A DNA stretch of 64,000 nt from an uncultured Alphaproteobacteria bacterium (GTDB lineage Bacteria; Pseudomonadota; Alphaproteobacteria; Rs-D84), in NCBI GenBank assembly GCA_944389645.1, contig CALXMZ010000023.1, forward strand, positions 7,445 through 71,444, in the 5' to 3' direction. Below, piece by piece: positions 19,371 through 29,532 of this stretch (positions are counted from its first letter, which is position 1; each line of letters begins with the position of its first letter). The notes under the pieces are model-generated. The model ran no database searches and was not told the DNA's origin. It saw only the letters and a list, made by a program, of their open reading frames with translations. Both the position numbers and the translations under genes were made by a program.

Positions 19371-19940
19371 TTGTTAAAGTTTTTTAGATGCGCAACTAAG
19401 GAACAAAACAAATTTAAAAAGCGTATTAAAATGGAAGTAAAAACAGTTTTTCTTTTTAAACCTTTTTTAGGTAATTGCGTGAAAAATGAATTTTCAAACT
19501 TACAGGACTTAAAAAAATATATAAAATCTTTTGATTTTACGAAAAGGTATTCTTTAAAAGGAAATCCTGTTTCTTCAAATTTCGATATTTTCGCTTTTCC
19601 GCCAGTTTTTAGGGTGGGATATTATTGTAAAATCAATATAAATGGTTATGATTTAAAAACAGATATGTTTGGGACACCAGAATTATGGGTTGCAAAATCT
19701 GTAGAAGTAAAACCAACAAAAGACCCAGATGTGCTTTATTATCAAATGCAGATTCCTTATAGAAGAAAAAATAATTATGAAGAATATTCTTTTGCTTTAA
19801 GAAGAGATTTCGGTAATTTTTGCTTTGTAGATAAAGGTAATTTAAAGCAGTTATATCCTGTTGCTCAAGAAGAAAAGACAGAAATAGATAAAATAATTGA
19901 ACAAGCCTTAAAATCTGCGAAAGAAATAAAGGTTCGCTAG
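19371..19940 (+). CDS. hypothetical protein (start uncertain; an alternative ATG is at 19431)
   Basis: 189-aa ORF filling the mutS-truB gap, with a coding-like composition. Confidence 0.5.
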   Translation: MLKFFRCATKEQNKFKKRIKMEVKTVFLFKPFLGNCVKNEFSNLQDLKKYIKSFDFTKRYSLKGNPVSSNFDIFAFPPVFRVGYYCKININGYDLKTDMFGTPELWVAKSVEVKPTKDPDVLYYQMQIPYRRKNNYEEYSFALRRDFGNFCFVDKGNLKQLYPVAQEEKTEIDKIIEQALKSAKEIKVR

Positions 19941-19941
19941 C

Positions 19942-20814
19942 ATGACGTCTGGGTGGGTGATTTTGGATAAACCGTCAGGCGTATTCAGCAGAACTGCTGG
20001 TGGCAAAATTGCTAGGATGTTCGGTGTAAAAAAATTCGGACATATTGGTACGCTTGACCCGATGGCCTCTGGGGTATTACCCATTGCGCTGGGTGCTGCG
20101 ACTAAGATGATACCGTTCATTGAAAATGTCTCTGACGGAAAAAAAGAGTATTTATTTTCATTAAAATTCGGGTTTGAAACGGATAGTCTTGATATAACAG
20201 GGAATGAAATATCACGAACAGATATTATACCGAAAGAAGCGCATGTTATATCTGTTTTGTCAAAACTTGTGGGAGAGATAGAGCAGGTGCCTCCTGTTTA
20301 TAGTGCTGTTCATATTGACGGACGCAGGGCGTATGAATTAGCGCGCAGTGGAAAAGAAATAGATATACCTGCAAGGAAAGTAAAAATATATTCATTAGAA
20401 TATACTGGTAAAACAGAAGATTCTTGGGGCTTTAAAGTGGTTTGCAGTCGTGGAACTTATGTTCGGGCATTAGCGCGCGATATCGCACAATTATGCGGTA
20501 CGGTTGCGACGGTTGATATGATACGTAGAACTAAGACAAATGGTTTTGACATAAAAAATTCGGTAAAACTTGATTTCTTAGAAAATTTGTTTAATAATGG
20601 TACGGATTTCAAGAATTTCTTGAAACCAATTGATTTTGGACTGGGGGACATTCCGGTTCTAAATCTTGATGATAAATCAACTTGTTTTTACAAGAACGGT
20701 GGTTTTATCAAAACAGGCGCATCTGACGGATTTTGTCGCGTATACAACGAAAAAGACTTTGTTGGAATAGGTGTGGTATCTGACGGGGAATTGCGCCCGA
20801 AACGAACAATATAA
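19942..20814 (+). CDS. truB: tRNA pseudouridine(55) synthase
   Basis: GHIGTLDPMASGVLPIALG catalytic-Asp motif. Confidence 0.9.
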   Translation: MTSGWVILDKPSGVFSRTAGGKIARMFGVKKFGHIGTLDPMASGVLPIALGAATKMIPFIENVSDGKKEYLFSLKFGFETDSLDITGNEISRTDIIPKEAHVISVLSKLVGEIEQVPPVYSAVHIDGRRAYELARSGKEIDIPARKVKIYSLEYTGKTEDSWGFKVVCSRGTYVRALARDIAQLCGTVATVDMIRRTKTNGFDIKNSVKLDFLENLFNNGTDFKNFLKPIDFGLGDIPVLNLDDKSTCFYKNGGFIKTGASDGFCRVYNEKDFVGIGVVSDGELRPKRTI

Positions 20815-20829
20815 CAAAAAGGGAAAATA

Positions 20830-21102
20830 ATGTCCGTTACAAAAGAAAAAAAGACTGAATTGATTAACGCGTTTAAGACGACTGAAAAAGATAATGGTGG
20901 TTCTGCAGCTTCTCAGGTTGCCGTTTTAACAGAACGTATTCGTAATCTTACGGAACATATGAAAAATAATCATAAAGATCATCATTCAGAACGTGGTTTA
21001 TTGTTAATGGTAAACCGTCGTAAAAAATTGTTGGCTTACATAAAGAAACGTAATGTAGCCGAATACGAAGAATTGATCAAAAAATTAGGTCTACGTAAAT
21101 AA
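20830..21102 (+). CDS. rpsO: 30S ribosomal protein S15
   Basis: 90 aa, ...[22 protein letters not shown]. Confidence 0.95.
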   Translation: MSVTKEKKTELINAFKTTEKDNGGSAASQVAVLTERIRNLTEHMKNNHKDHHSERGLLLMVNRRKKLLAYIKKRNVAEYEELIKKLGLRK

Positions 21103-21104
21103 TA

Positions 21105-21134
21105 AAAAACCGGTAATTATTTACCGGTTTTTTA
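21105..21134 (+). terminator. rho-independent terminator after rpsO
   Basis: aaaaaaccggtaattatttaccggtttttt. Confidence 0.65.
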
Positions 21135-21163
21135 TTTGCAAAAAAATTATAGTATTTTATAAT
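21135..21163 (+). promoter_or_regulatory. putative sigma70 promoter for pnp (TTGCAA-17-TATAAT)
   Basis: ttgcaa at 21135-21140, a 17-nt spacer, tataat at 21158-21163. A roughly 100-nt leader follows, containing a ttgcatt/aatgcaa hairpin. Confidence 0.5.
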
Positions 21164-21266
21164 CTTGAATGCGAAGGAGAAATTGTTCTTTCTTGCATTT
21201 ACTTATAGAATGCAAAAACGAATGATTTTTCTTCGTATTAATGTAGTAGAAAAATGGAGAAATATA

Positions 21267-23429
21267 ATGTTATTTGGGTTATTTAATAAAGAAGAAAAAA
21301 CACATTTAAACAATCCTGTTTGGGTTGAAATAAAATATGGTGATGAAATACTTCGCTTAGAAACAGGTCGTATGGCGAAGCAAGCAAACGGTTCGGTTTT
21401 AGCGACTATGGGGGGGACTATGGTTTTGGCGACTGTGTGTGCGGAAAAAACGGCAGTAGAAGGTCAAGACTTTTTCCCATTAACAGTCGATTATCAAGAA
21501 AAATTTGCATCTGCTGGTCGTATACCCGGTTCGCGTGATAGACGTGAAGGCAAGGCTTCAACTGGTGAAACTTTAATTGCACGTTTGATTGATAGACCAA
21601 TTCGTCCTTTGTTTCCGGAAACTTTTAAGAACAAAGTACAAATAATTGCACAGGTTTTTTCTTATGATAAAAAGAATCAGCCAGATATTTTGGCTATGAT
21701 TGCATCAAGTGCAGCATTAGCATTGTCTGGTGTGCCTTTTCAAGGTCCAATCGGTGCTGCACGCGTTGGGTATATGGATGGTAAATATATATTGAACCCA
21801 TCAAAGAAAGAAACGGAAGAATCTGAAATGGATTTGGTTGTTGCAGCAACGAAAGATGGCGTTTTGATGGTTGAATCGGAAATAGGTGAATTAGACGAAG
21901 CGACGACTTTAGGGGCAGTAAAGTTTGGTTTTGATGCACAGCAGTCCGTAATAGGTGCGATTAATGAACTGGCGGAAAAAGCAGGTAAAGAACGTTGGGA
22001 AACGCCGGAATTATCCGCAGAATATATAACGATGCAGAAAGAATTTGAATCTTTTGCGGGTGAAATAGAATCTGCATTACAGATAAAAGAAAAGTTAGTT
22101 CGTTTGGAAACCTTAGGTAATATTCATGCCGAAGCAAAAGCAAAAATTCCTGAATTATTCCCAGAAACGACGACGGCTACATCTACGCTAGAGTCATGGG
22201 CAGATGAAATAATAGAGAATTTAACGGCTCATATTATGCGTAGCAATATTTTAGCTGGGAAACCACGTATTGATGGTCGTGATAATAAAACGGTTCGTCC
22301 TATAGAAATAGAACTTGGGTTATTACCGCGTGCACATGGTTCTGCTTTATTCACGCGCGGTGAGACGCAAGCTTTAGTGTCGTTGACTTTAGGTGGGGGT
22401 AAGGATGCTTTGCCAATTGAATCTTTAGATGGGGAAGAAGAAAAAGATTTTATATTAAATTATAATTTTCCGGGTTATTCTGTCGGTGAAGCTAAAGGGT
22501 TAAAATCTCCTGGACGTCGAGAAATAGGACACGGTAATTTAGCGTGGCGTGCCCTGCATCCTATGGTACCAAGTCGGAAAGATTTTGACTATGTTATTCG
22601 CGTAGTTTCAGATATTTTAGAATCTAATGGTTCTTCTTCTATGGCAACGACTTGTGGTGCAACTCTTGCTATGATGGATGGGGGGGTGCCGTTAAAACGT
22701 CCTGTTGCAGGTATAGCTATGGGGTTGATAAAAGAGGGCGATGATTATGCTATATTAACTGATATTTTAGGTGACGAAGATCACTTAGGGGATATGGATT
22801 TCAAAGTAACGGGTACTGACCAAGGTATTACCGCATTGCAGATGGATATTAAGATTACATCTATTACATTTGAAATCATGGAAAAAGCTTTGGAGCAAGC
22901 AAAAGATGGTCGTATGCATATTTTAGGTAAGATAACCAAAGCGATTAAAGCACCCCGTAAAAAACTATCTGAATTTGCTCCACAGGCGTATTCTATGAAG
23001 ATAAACCCTGATAAAGTTCGTGATGTTATAGGTAAGGGGGGGGCTGTCATTCAATCATTAACTCGTGAAACGAATACTCAGATTGATTTAGATGATGACG
23101 GTAATGTAAAGATTATGGCAACTACAAAAGAAGAAGCGGAAGAAGCGATGAAACGTATTAAAGACATCGTTGCAGAACCAGAAGTTGGGGTAATTTATGA
23201 AGGTACCGTTTCTGGCGTTAAAGATTTTGGGTTGTTCGTAAAAATATTGAACGGTTTTGAATCAATGGTACATATATCAGAAATAACAGGTGAAAGAATT
23301 GCAAAGATTGAAGACGCTAAGATTAAAGAAGGTGATAAAGTCTTTGTAAAGTATTTAGGTGCGGACAAAAGGGGAAAGACTCGTATGTCCATGGTGGGTA
23401 TTGATCAGAAAACCGGTAAAGAAAAGTAA
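21267..23429 (+). CDS. pnp: polyribonucleotide nucleotidyltransferase (PNPase)
   Basis: Two RNase PH domains, a KH domain and an S1 domain; GGAG RBS. The ORF-track start at 21165 lies in the leader and is rejected. Confidence 0.95.
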   Translation: MLFGLFNKEEKTHLNNPVWVEIKYGDEILRLETGRMAKQANGSVLATMGGTMVLATVCAEKTAVEGQDFFPLTVDYQEKFASAGRIPGSRDRREGKASTGETLIARLIDRPIRPLFPETFKNKVQIIAQVFSYDKKNQPDILAMIASSAALALSGVPFQGPIGAARVGYMDGKYILNPSKKETEESEMDLVVAATKDGVLMVESEIGELDEATTLGAVKFGFDAQQSVIGAINELAEKAGKERWETPELSAEYITMQKEFESFAGEIESALQIKEKLVRLETLGNIHAEAKAKIPELFPETTTATSTLESWADEIIENLTAHIMRSNILAGKPRIDGRDNKTVRPIEIELGLLPRAHGSALFTRGETQALVSLTLGGGKDALPIESLDGEEEKDFILNYNFPGYSVGEAKGLKSPGRREIGHGNLAWRALHPMVPSRKDFDYVIRVVSDILESNGSSSMATTCGATLAMMDGGVPLKRPVAGIAMGLIKEGDDYAILTDILGDEDHLGDMDFKVTGTDQGITALQMDIKITSITFEIMEKALEQAKDGRMHILGKITKAIKAPRKKLSEFAPQAYSMKINPDKVRDVIGKGGAVIQSLTRETNTQIDLDDDGNVKIMATTKEEAEEAMKRIKDIVAEPEVGVIYEGTVSGVKDFGLFVKILNGFESMVHISEITGERIAKIEDAKIKEGDKVFVKYLGADKRGKTRMSMVGIDQKTGKEK

Positions 23430-23478
23430 AATACTTTTACTTTAGACGTAAGATAAAGATTAATTAAGGGAGAGTTTT

Positions 23479-23778
23479 ATGGATATGGAAAGTTTAATGG
23501 AACAGGCAAGCGTTTTACAAGAAAAAGTAGCTGCAGCTCAAGAAAAATTAGGTAAATCTCGTGTAAAGGGTATAGCTAAAGATGGGGCTTGTATTATAGA
23601 TATGTCTGGTAAATATGATTTACTTGATTTAAATATCAGAGAAGATGTCTTAAGTCTTGGTGCAAAAGGTGCGGCAGAAGTCATTATGGCTGCGTATCAA
23701 GATGCTAAGTCAAAAGCCGATGACTTAATAGATAAAGTCATGGGCGAGGCTACGGAAGGTGTACCTATGCCGGAATAA
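23479..23778 (+). CDS. ybaB: nucleoid-associated protein YbaB/EbfC
   Basis: 99 aa, LMEQASVLQEKV...GKSRVKG. Confidence 0.8.
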   Translation: MDMESLMEQASVLQEKVAAAQEKLGKSRVKGIAKDGACIIDMSGKYDLLDLNIREDVLSLGAKGAAEVIMAAYQDAKSKADDLIDKVMGEATEGVPMPE

Positions 23779-23826
23779 AGTACTGGACAAGCGCAGAAAA
23801 ATGTTTTATTATATGCGCACTGTTTC

Positions 23827-23903
23827 GGATGTTTAGCTCAGTTGATTAGAGCATCTCGTTTACACCGAGAGGGTCGGGGGTTTGAGTCCCTCAACATCCA
23901 CCA
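23827..23903 (+). tRNA. tRNA-Val (anticodon UAC)
   Basis: GGATGTT...CTCGTTTACACCGAG...AACATCC-A-CCA. It has a 7-bp acceptor stem and anticodon loop UUUACAC. The T-loop reads TTTGAGT, a minor deviation from the canonical loop. Confidence 0.8.
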
Positions 23904-23910
23904 GAAATAA

Positions 23911-23935
23911 TGCCGCCGTTAAGGCGGTTTTTTTG
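23911..23935 (+). terminator. hairpin plus T-run after tRNA-Val
   Basis: ccgcc-gttaa-ggcgg-ttttttt. Confidence 0.55.
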
Positions 23936-24144
23936 TATTGCTTCTTATCCATGCGAATAGATTGGCAAATGGCATGGATAGGTATTTCATTTATGTTGAT
24001 TTTACAAGTTGGTATAGCAATTCTTAAATATCTACCGCAACTGTGAATGTTGGAAACAGCGTTTTTTTTCTTAGAATATTTTTTTGAAAATTTTAAATAT
24101 TATGTTTACAATAAACTAGTCTTAAGAAAAAAGGAGAAATATTT

Positions 24145-24792
24145 ATGAAAAAGTTATTAGCAGGTTTAATGATAGTTTCTATGTTAAGCGCATGTGCAAC
24201 AGTAAATCCTTATACTGGGGAAGCGCAGACATCAAAAGCGGTATGGGGGACGGCAATTGGTGCCGCAACTGGTGCTGCGACGGGCGCATTAGTTTCAAAT
24301 AATCATGGTGCAGGTGCGTTGGTTGGTGGTTTGGCCGGTGCAGCAATCGGTGGCGGAGTCGGTTATTATTTAGATGTACAGGAAGCAGAATTGCGTCAGG
24401 AATTGGCTTCAACGGGCGTAAGTGTTATTCGTGACGGTGATAGCATTCGTTTAATTATGCCTGGTAATATTACATTTAAGACGGATTCAGCAGATATAAA
24501 TGCAGGTTTCTATTCAACGTTGAACTCTGTTGCAAAGGTATTAAATAAGTATGACAATTCAACAGTAATGGTTTTAGGTTATACAGATAGCACAGGTAGT
24601 GCAGAATATAATCAAACATTGTCTCAACAGCGTGCAAATGCGGTTGCTGCATACTTGCAAGGGCAGGGGGTAAAGGCATCCAGATTTGAGATTATGGGGC
24701 TAGGTTCATCTAATCCAATAGCTTCTAATTCGACAGCCGAAGGTCGCCAGCAGAATCGTAGAGTAGAAATAAAAATTATTCCAAACAAATAA
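24145..24792 (+). CDS. OmpA-family lipoprotein with a glycine-zipper domain
   Basis: Lipobox LSAC; Gly-zipper GTAIGAATGAATGALV...GGLAGAAIGGGVG; OmpA C-terminal domain (GYTDSTGSAEYNQTLSQQRA). Confidence 0.8.
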   Translation: MKKLLAGLMIVSMLSACATVNPYTGEAQTSKAVWGTAIGAATGAATGALVSNNHGAGALVGGLAGAAIGGGVGYYLDVQEAELRQELASTGVSVIRDGDSIRLIMPGNITFKTDSADINAGFYSTLNSVAKVLNKYDNSTVMVLGYTDSTGSAEYNQTLSQQRANAVAAYLQGQGVKASRFEIMGLGSSNPIASNSTAEGRQQNRRVEIKIIPNK

Positions 24793-24795
24793 TGA

Positions 24796-24819
24796 TAAAA
24801 AACCGCGAAAGCGGTTTTT
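24796..24819. terminator. hairpin terminator with A-run/T-run flanks (potentially bidirectional)
   Basis: aaaaaaccgcgaaagcggttttt. Confidence 0.6.
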
Positions 24820-25586
24820 CATTTTGTTTTTTGCCATTTTAACGCGGCGTTTATGTATTGTTCGGCTCTTTTTATATCAAATGTTTTTGTACCTGGTGTT
24901 TTTAATTTACCTTCTGCATCTATCCATATATCTGTTCTGTCGCCTGCAACTTTTGCAATTTTATCAAGGTTGCCTGAGACATTTTCTGGTGACAGGCCGC
25001 CTGCATAACCTTGTGGGTGTTCTTCAAATAAAGGCGCACGCCAGTTTCTGGTCAGTTTGCCTGCACCACCTGATGTATCGTATAAAATAGAAAAGTTTGT
25101 TTCTATATCAAACCTTTTCATTCTATTATCAAGTCTTTGCATTCTGTGGTATTCAGAAGCAACATATTGAAAAATAAATTCTCGACTAGGATAGTTCCAT
25201 AAGATTTTAGCGATATTATCTATTTTAAATAATTTTGTTTTACTTCCATGAATATTTATTTGCCAGCGACGAATAGCAGGTGAGGCATCTTCGCGGAGTA
25301 AAAAAAATAAGTCTAGTAAGTCTGGCGCCAGAATTCCTTGGCAAAATTTATCACACCAATCTAAGTTTACATGCACCGCAAGATTAGGTGCTGTTGGCAT
25401 AGTTAAAGATTCTTTTAAAAGGCTTTCAAACCATTTACGTCTGGGCATGTCAAAAGACATTTTTGATGGGTGGGCTTGTACTGCGATTTCTACATTTGGT
25501 GCAATTTGGGACAGGCGCAATATATCTTCAATAGGTGTATCTTCACGTGGGTCAGAGCAGGTTATATAACGTAATTTCATATTCAT
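24819..25586 (-). CDS. hypothetical protein; C-terminus reminiscent of TrpF/PRAI-like TIM-barrel enzymes
   Basis: DTSGGAGKL...GYAGGLSPENV resembles the TrpF phosphate-binding C-terminus. Its start abuts the rlmN stop. Confidence 0.5.
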   Translation of the reverse strand: MNMKLRYITCSDPREDTPIEDILRLSQIAPNVEIAVQAHPSKMSFDMPRRKWFESLLKESLTMPTAPNLAVHVNLDWCDKFCQGILAPDLLDLFFLLREDASPAIRRWQINIHGSKTKLFKIDNIAKILWNYPSREFIFQYVASEYHRMQRLDNRMKRFDIETNFSILYDTSGGAGKLTRNWRAPLFEEHPQGYAGGLSPENVSGNLDKIAKVAGDRTDIWIDAEGKLKTPGTKTFDIKRAEQYINAALKWQKTK

Positions 25587-26683
25587 CCCTTTTTGTTGTT
25601 TAGACGCAATTGCCCACAAGCACTCCCTATATCCTGCCCACGTTCGCGTCGTATTCTAGTATGTATTCCGTTTTTAATAAGAATATCTTGAAATCGGTGA
25701 ACCGCATTTCCAGAAGGTGAAGCAAAGTCGCGTTCATTAACCGCATTCCATGGAATTAAGTTTACCATGCAATTTTTGCCTTTTAATAAATAAGACAATT
25801 TTTCTGCATATTCTGGTGTGCAGTTAAATAACTCTGTTTCGCCGTCAGAATTCTTTTTGCCAAGTAGTATATATTCAATCATTAATTGACGGTTGTGCAG
25901 GTCTGAAAATTCAAAAGCGACATCCAACACCTCAGCCAACTTGTATTTATTATTAATCGGCATAATTTGACTGCGTAATTCGTCGATTGGTGCATGCAGA
26001 GATATCGCAAGATTTATAGGTCTGCCCCATGTAATTAAATCTTTAATACCTGGTACGATGCCGCAGGTAGAAACGGTAATTTTCCGCCAGCCTATACCCA
26101 TATCTTTGTTTGCACGTTCTATGAAACCGATAACGTTTTCTGTGTTCTGTAAAGGTTCACCCGTTCCCATAACGACGATATGTGATACATCTTCGTTATT
26201 TGCATCGCCATTAGGTCTGATAGCGCGGACCGAGAATCTATCTGAACGTAATTCCCATTGTGCTACAAGAATCTGCGAGAATATTTCGTTTACAGTTAAA
26301 TTACGTTTAAGCCCCAACAAAGTACTTGCGCAGAATTTGCATCCCATAGCGCAACCCGCTTGAGAACTGACGCATACGCTATTACCATAACTTGTACGCA
26401 TCAGGACGCATTCTATTTGCTCGTTATCGTTTAGTTCCAATAGAAATTTAGTAGTTTGCCCGTCAGAAGATTCAAGTTTTTTTACTATTTTTACTGGTAA
26501 GGTCTGAGCAATTTTATCTAATTCTTTGCGTAGGTTTTCTGGCAGGTTTTTCATAGAAGTGAAATCTGGTGCGCCACGTAATAACCATTCGCGAATTTGC
26601 TTTGCGCGAAATTTAGGTTGCCCTAATTTTTCTAAAAATTCTATCAGTTCACTATCTGTAAAGTTAAAAAGTATAGGTTTCAT
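25583..26683 (-). CDS. rlmN: 23S rRNA/tRNA adenine-C2 methyltransferase RlmN (radical SAM)
   Basis: SSQAGCAMGCKFCAST and N-terminal KFRAKQIREWL. Confidence 0.9.
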   Translation of the reverse strand: MKPILFNFTDSELIEFLEKLGQPKFRAKQIREWLLRGAPDFTSMKNLPENLRKELDKIAQTLPVKIVKKLESSDGQTTKFLLELNDNEQIECVLMRTSYGNSVCVSSQAGCAMGCKFCASTLLGLKRNLTVNEIFSQILVAQWELRSDRFSVRAIRPNGDANNEDVSHIVVMGTGEPLQNTENVIGFIERANKDMGIGWRKITVSTCGIVPGIKDLITWGRPINLAISLHAPIDELRSQIMPINNKYKLAEVLDVAFEFSDLHNRQLMIEYILLGKKNSDGETELFNCTPEYAEKLSYLLKGKNCMVNLIPWNAVNERDFASPSGNAVHRFQDILIKNGIHTRIRRERGQDIGSACGQLRLNNKKG

Positions 26684-27504
26684 AGTTTATACCTATCATC
26701 GTTTATAACAATTACTGCCTTGCGACGTAATTGCTTTAGTTGCTGGTCTGCGATGAACATAGCCTGTTTATACATAGCATTTTGTTTTATTATGTCATCT
26801 AATTTACCATATTCATCTGTCTTTTTTGTACTACAGACAAGCAAGACAGAGCGGTCAACAACTGGAGACCATGTTAATTTAGGTAAAGTTGCCACTCGTT
26901 CACGAATGTCTTCAGATAGTTCGTATTGTTTAGCTGTAAACTTTTGGGGTGATCCGCCAAGTTCTTCTGCCATTTTTATTGCATCGTCACAATTCTGAGG
27001 TTTTTTAAGTTTTGTTGCTATATCTGCTGGTATATCAACTAATCGTATCAATGTCATCTCAATTGGTAACCCATGTTCCTGTGCTAAGGCGATTTTTTCT
27101 GCTTGTATTTCGTCGTTCGAGATCTCTATAGTCGGTAAAATCGTTCTTGCAACGACGATTTGCCAAGCTATGTCTGATTTTATAGCAGATTTTGCCATAG
27201 TTTTTTGCGTCTCTGATAAATCGCCGAGTTCTAATTTTTTCAACTCAATTTCAACGTCTTTGTCTTCTGGGTTTACACCGAAATTTGAAGCGTAATTTAA
27301 TTTTATATTGTCATCAATAATGTTCTGTAGAGCTTTTTTCCTGTTGTCCGTAGAAGTGTCCCCTTGTTTATTCATAAGAATTGTTCTTGCCGTTATATCA
27401 GTATCGGTTATAGGTTCTCCGTTTACGCTTGCAACAACAACCGCGCTTAAAGACGGTAGTGAAAATAAGCAACAAAATATTGCGCTAAGAAATATTTTCT
27501 TCAT
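26680..27504 (-). CDS. SurA N-terminal-domain periplasmic chaperone-like protein (no PPIase domain)
   Basis: Signal peptide, SurA_N-like helical domain, position downstream of lptD. Confidence 0.65.
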   Translation of the reverse strand: MKKIFLSAIFCCLFSLPSLSAVVVASVNGEPITDTDITARTILMNKQGDTSTDNRKKALQNIIDDNIKLNYASNFGVNPEDKDVEIELKKLELGDLSETQKTMAKSAIKSDIAWQIVVARTILPTIEISNDEIQAEKIALAQEHGLPIEMTLIRLVDIPADIATKLKKPQNCDDAIKMAEELGGSPQKFTAKQYELSEDIRERVATLPKLTWSPVVDRSVLLVCSTKKTDEYGKLDDIIKQNAMYKQAMFIADQQLKQLRRKAVIVINDDRYKL

Positions 27505-27516
27505 ATTGTTATCCTT

Positions 27517-29532
27517 TTAGTAGCGTTGACCATCAATACTCATTCCAAATTTAAACTGGAATGTTGTGTTACCGACGTAATCTTCTTTTATTGCATTGTC
27601 ATGACGGTATTCCAGAGATAAATAATAACAAGGATGGTTATAAAAAATCCCACCTGTATGTCTTTGAAAGTGCCCGTACGTCATATTATATATCGCATTA
27701 AATCTAACAGACCAGCGTTTTGTTAACCCGATTCCGAATCCTGCCGTCATTTCGTTTATATTATCATCTAAGGTATATGCATCAATAAATTGCTGTGACC
27801 ATATGTGACCTATGTTAATGAAATTATTAGAATTCCCTATTACACCGGTTGTTTCTACGTGCCTTAAAGAAAGATTTGATTGAGATAACCTAAATCTACT
27901 AGATAAATCTAGCCATTTCATATTATTAAATTCAATTCTTCCTACGTAATCAGATGCACCGTCATGAAAACCGCTATTTGGATCCGTTGTTTCTTGCGAA
28001 TTAAAGTCGTATGTTTGACCCAAAAATAATTCAAAAGTTCTACCGTCTTGATTGAAAGCCGACCAACGAACGCCATAATCTGAATAAGTCCCATTTTCCC
28101 ATAAATCTAAACCAGAAAAACGATTGTTTGAAAATAGTGTCGTATCAGATAAAAAAGCACCAGCAGAATCATTATTTAGTGCGAATTGATCTTCATCTGT
28201 ATGACGCATAATGGTTAGTCTTGCTTTCGGTTCTAAAACTTGCGTCCATGTATTGGTCGGTTTAAATAAAGGTAAAGCCCATTCTATATAACCACTTGGT
28301 AAAAATCTATCTTTTAAACCGGAAAACGTTTGCTGGTTTATCATTTCTGTATTATTAAAATTATAGACATCGTATCTTGCGGATAAACTTGCAGTTAGTC
28401 TATTCCCACCCCATATCGTCCAAGGAGAAGTTATTCTTGCGTCTCCGATTATACGCTGGGAAGATGTGCCAGAACCTGATATGCCGAGGATGTCTGTTGA
28501 AAATGTCGCGTAAGTTTCTTTGTATAATGGAGCTGTTTGATATATTCCTCTTATATTTGGTAATATGTTTCCATTTGGAACTGCATAATTGCCATAATTA
28601 CTTCTTAACTCTTGGAATATATGAGCATCTGCAACAATATAACTAGATTGCCCGAATATTTCTAAGGTACCACCGGAATCTAAGTATGGTTGATCGTCAT
28701 AAAAACCATATTTTTGAAGATAGGTTTTATCAGAGGCTCTTTCTAGAAATACTGTAGCGCGAGCATATTCACCTAATTCTATTATGTCATTATTGAATAT
28801 ATGCCAACGATTTTCCCCTTCTTTATTATGCGTAAAAGAGGCGTTAGTTCTATACATAGAATGTGGCATATTTAGCCGATGCTCTAATTGAAACAAAGGG
28901 TTTTCTTTTGTAAGGTAAGATGTTGTGATCGTCATATCATGAGTATCAGACAATGAAATATATAGCGGTATATTTATCTGAGTTCCCATATTATTAGTAG
29001 ATTCAAAATCAGGCGTTAAAAAACCTGTTTTATGCTTAACGCTTGGGTCCGGCATTTCGAAAATTGGTAGCCAGAATACAGGTATGTTATACGTCCATAG
29101 TACCGGGTTGTAAAAGCGTAGCATTTTATCGTTCATGTCATGGATAATTTTTCTTGTGGATATTTTCCATGCGTCACCATATACGTCACAATTGTCACAT
29201 GCAGTGAACGTAGCATCTAATGCGATCGTTTCTGCACCTTCTCTCGTTATACTATCTGATTCTATATATACATGATCGCTAAGCCACAGTTTTACATCTT
29301 CACCGGACAAGCTAGATCCATCTTTTGATAGGTAAGAATCAACAAGAGTCATTCTTTGACCTGCTGTATTTACTATTTCCGTTTCACCAGAGGTTTTTAT
29401 GGTTTCTGTTTTTAAGTCGTATTCAATTTTATCGGCGGTTATAGTTTTAGGTGTATCTACATTAATTGAGACACCAAATGCGTAATTGGTATAAAAAATA
29501 AATAAAAAGAAAAACGTGTTTTTTTTAATCAT
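27517..29532 (-). CDS. lptD: LPS-assembly protein LptD
   Basis: 671 aa, signal peptide, beta-jellyroll and large beta-barrel, C-terminal aromatic; synteny with lptF/G and surA. Confidence 0.85.
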   Translation of the reverse strand: MIKKNTFFFLFIFYTNYAFGVSINVDTPKTITADKIEYDLKTETIKTSGETEIVNTAGQRMTLVDSYLSKDGSSLSGEDVKLWLSDHVYIESDSITREGAETIALDATFTACDNCDVYGDAWKISTRKIIHDMNDKMLRFYNPVLWTYNIPVFWLPIFEMPDPSVKHKTGFLTPDFESTNNMGTQINIPLYISLSDTHDMTITTSYLTKENPLFQLEHRLNMPHSMYRTNASFTHNKEGENRWHIFNNDIIELGEYARATVFLERASDKTYLQKYGFYDDQPYLDSGGTLEIFGQSSYIVADAHIFQELRSNYGNYAVPNGNILPNIRGIYQTAPLYKETYATFSTDILGISGSGTSSQRIIGDARITSPWTIWGGNRLTASLSARYDVYNFNNTEMINQQTFSGLKDRFLPSGYIEWALPLFKPTNTWTQVLEPKARLTIMRHTDEDQFALNNDSAGAFLSDTTLFSNNRFSGLDLWENGTYSDYGVRWSAFNQDGRTFELFLGQTYDFNSQETTDPNSGFHDGASDYVGRIEFNNMKWLDLSSRFRLSQSNLSLRHVETTGVIGNSNNFINIGHIWSQQFIDAYTLDDNINEMTAGFGIGLTKRWSVRFNAIYNMTYGHFQRHTGGIFYNHPCYYLSLEYRHDNAIKEDYVGNTTFQFKFGMSIDGQRY

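Noticed and set aside
21165-21266. ORF-track start of pnp at 21165 (MNAKEKLFF...)
   Set aside because: The conserved PNPase N-terminus starts at MLFGLFNKEEK (21267), which has a GGAG RBS. The upstream part is the structured leader/promoter.
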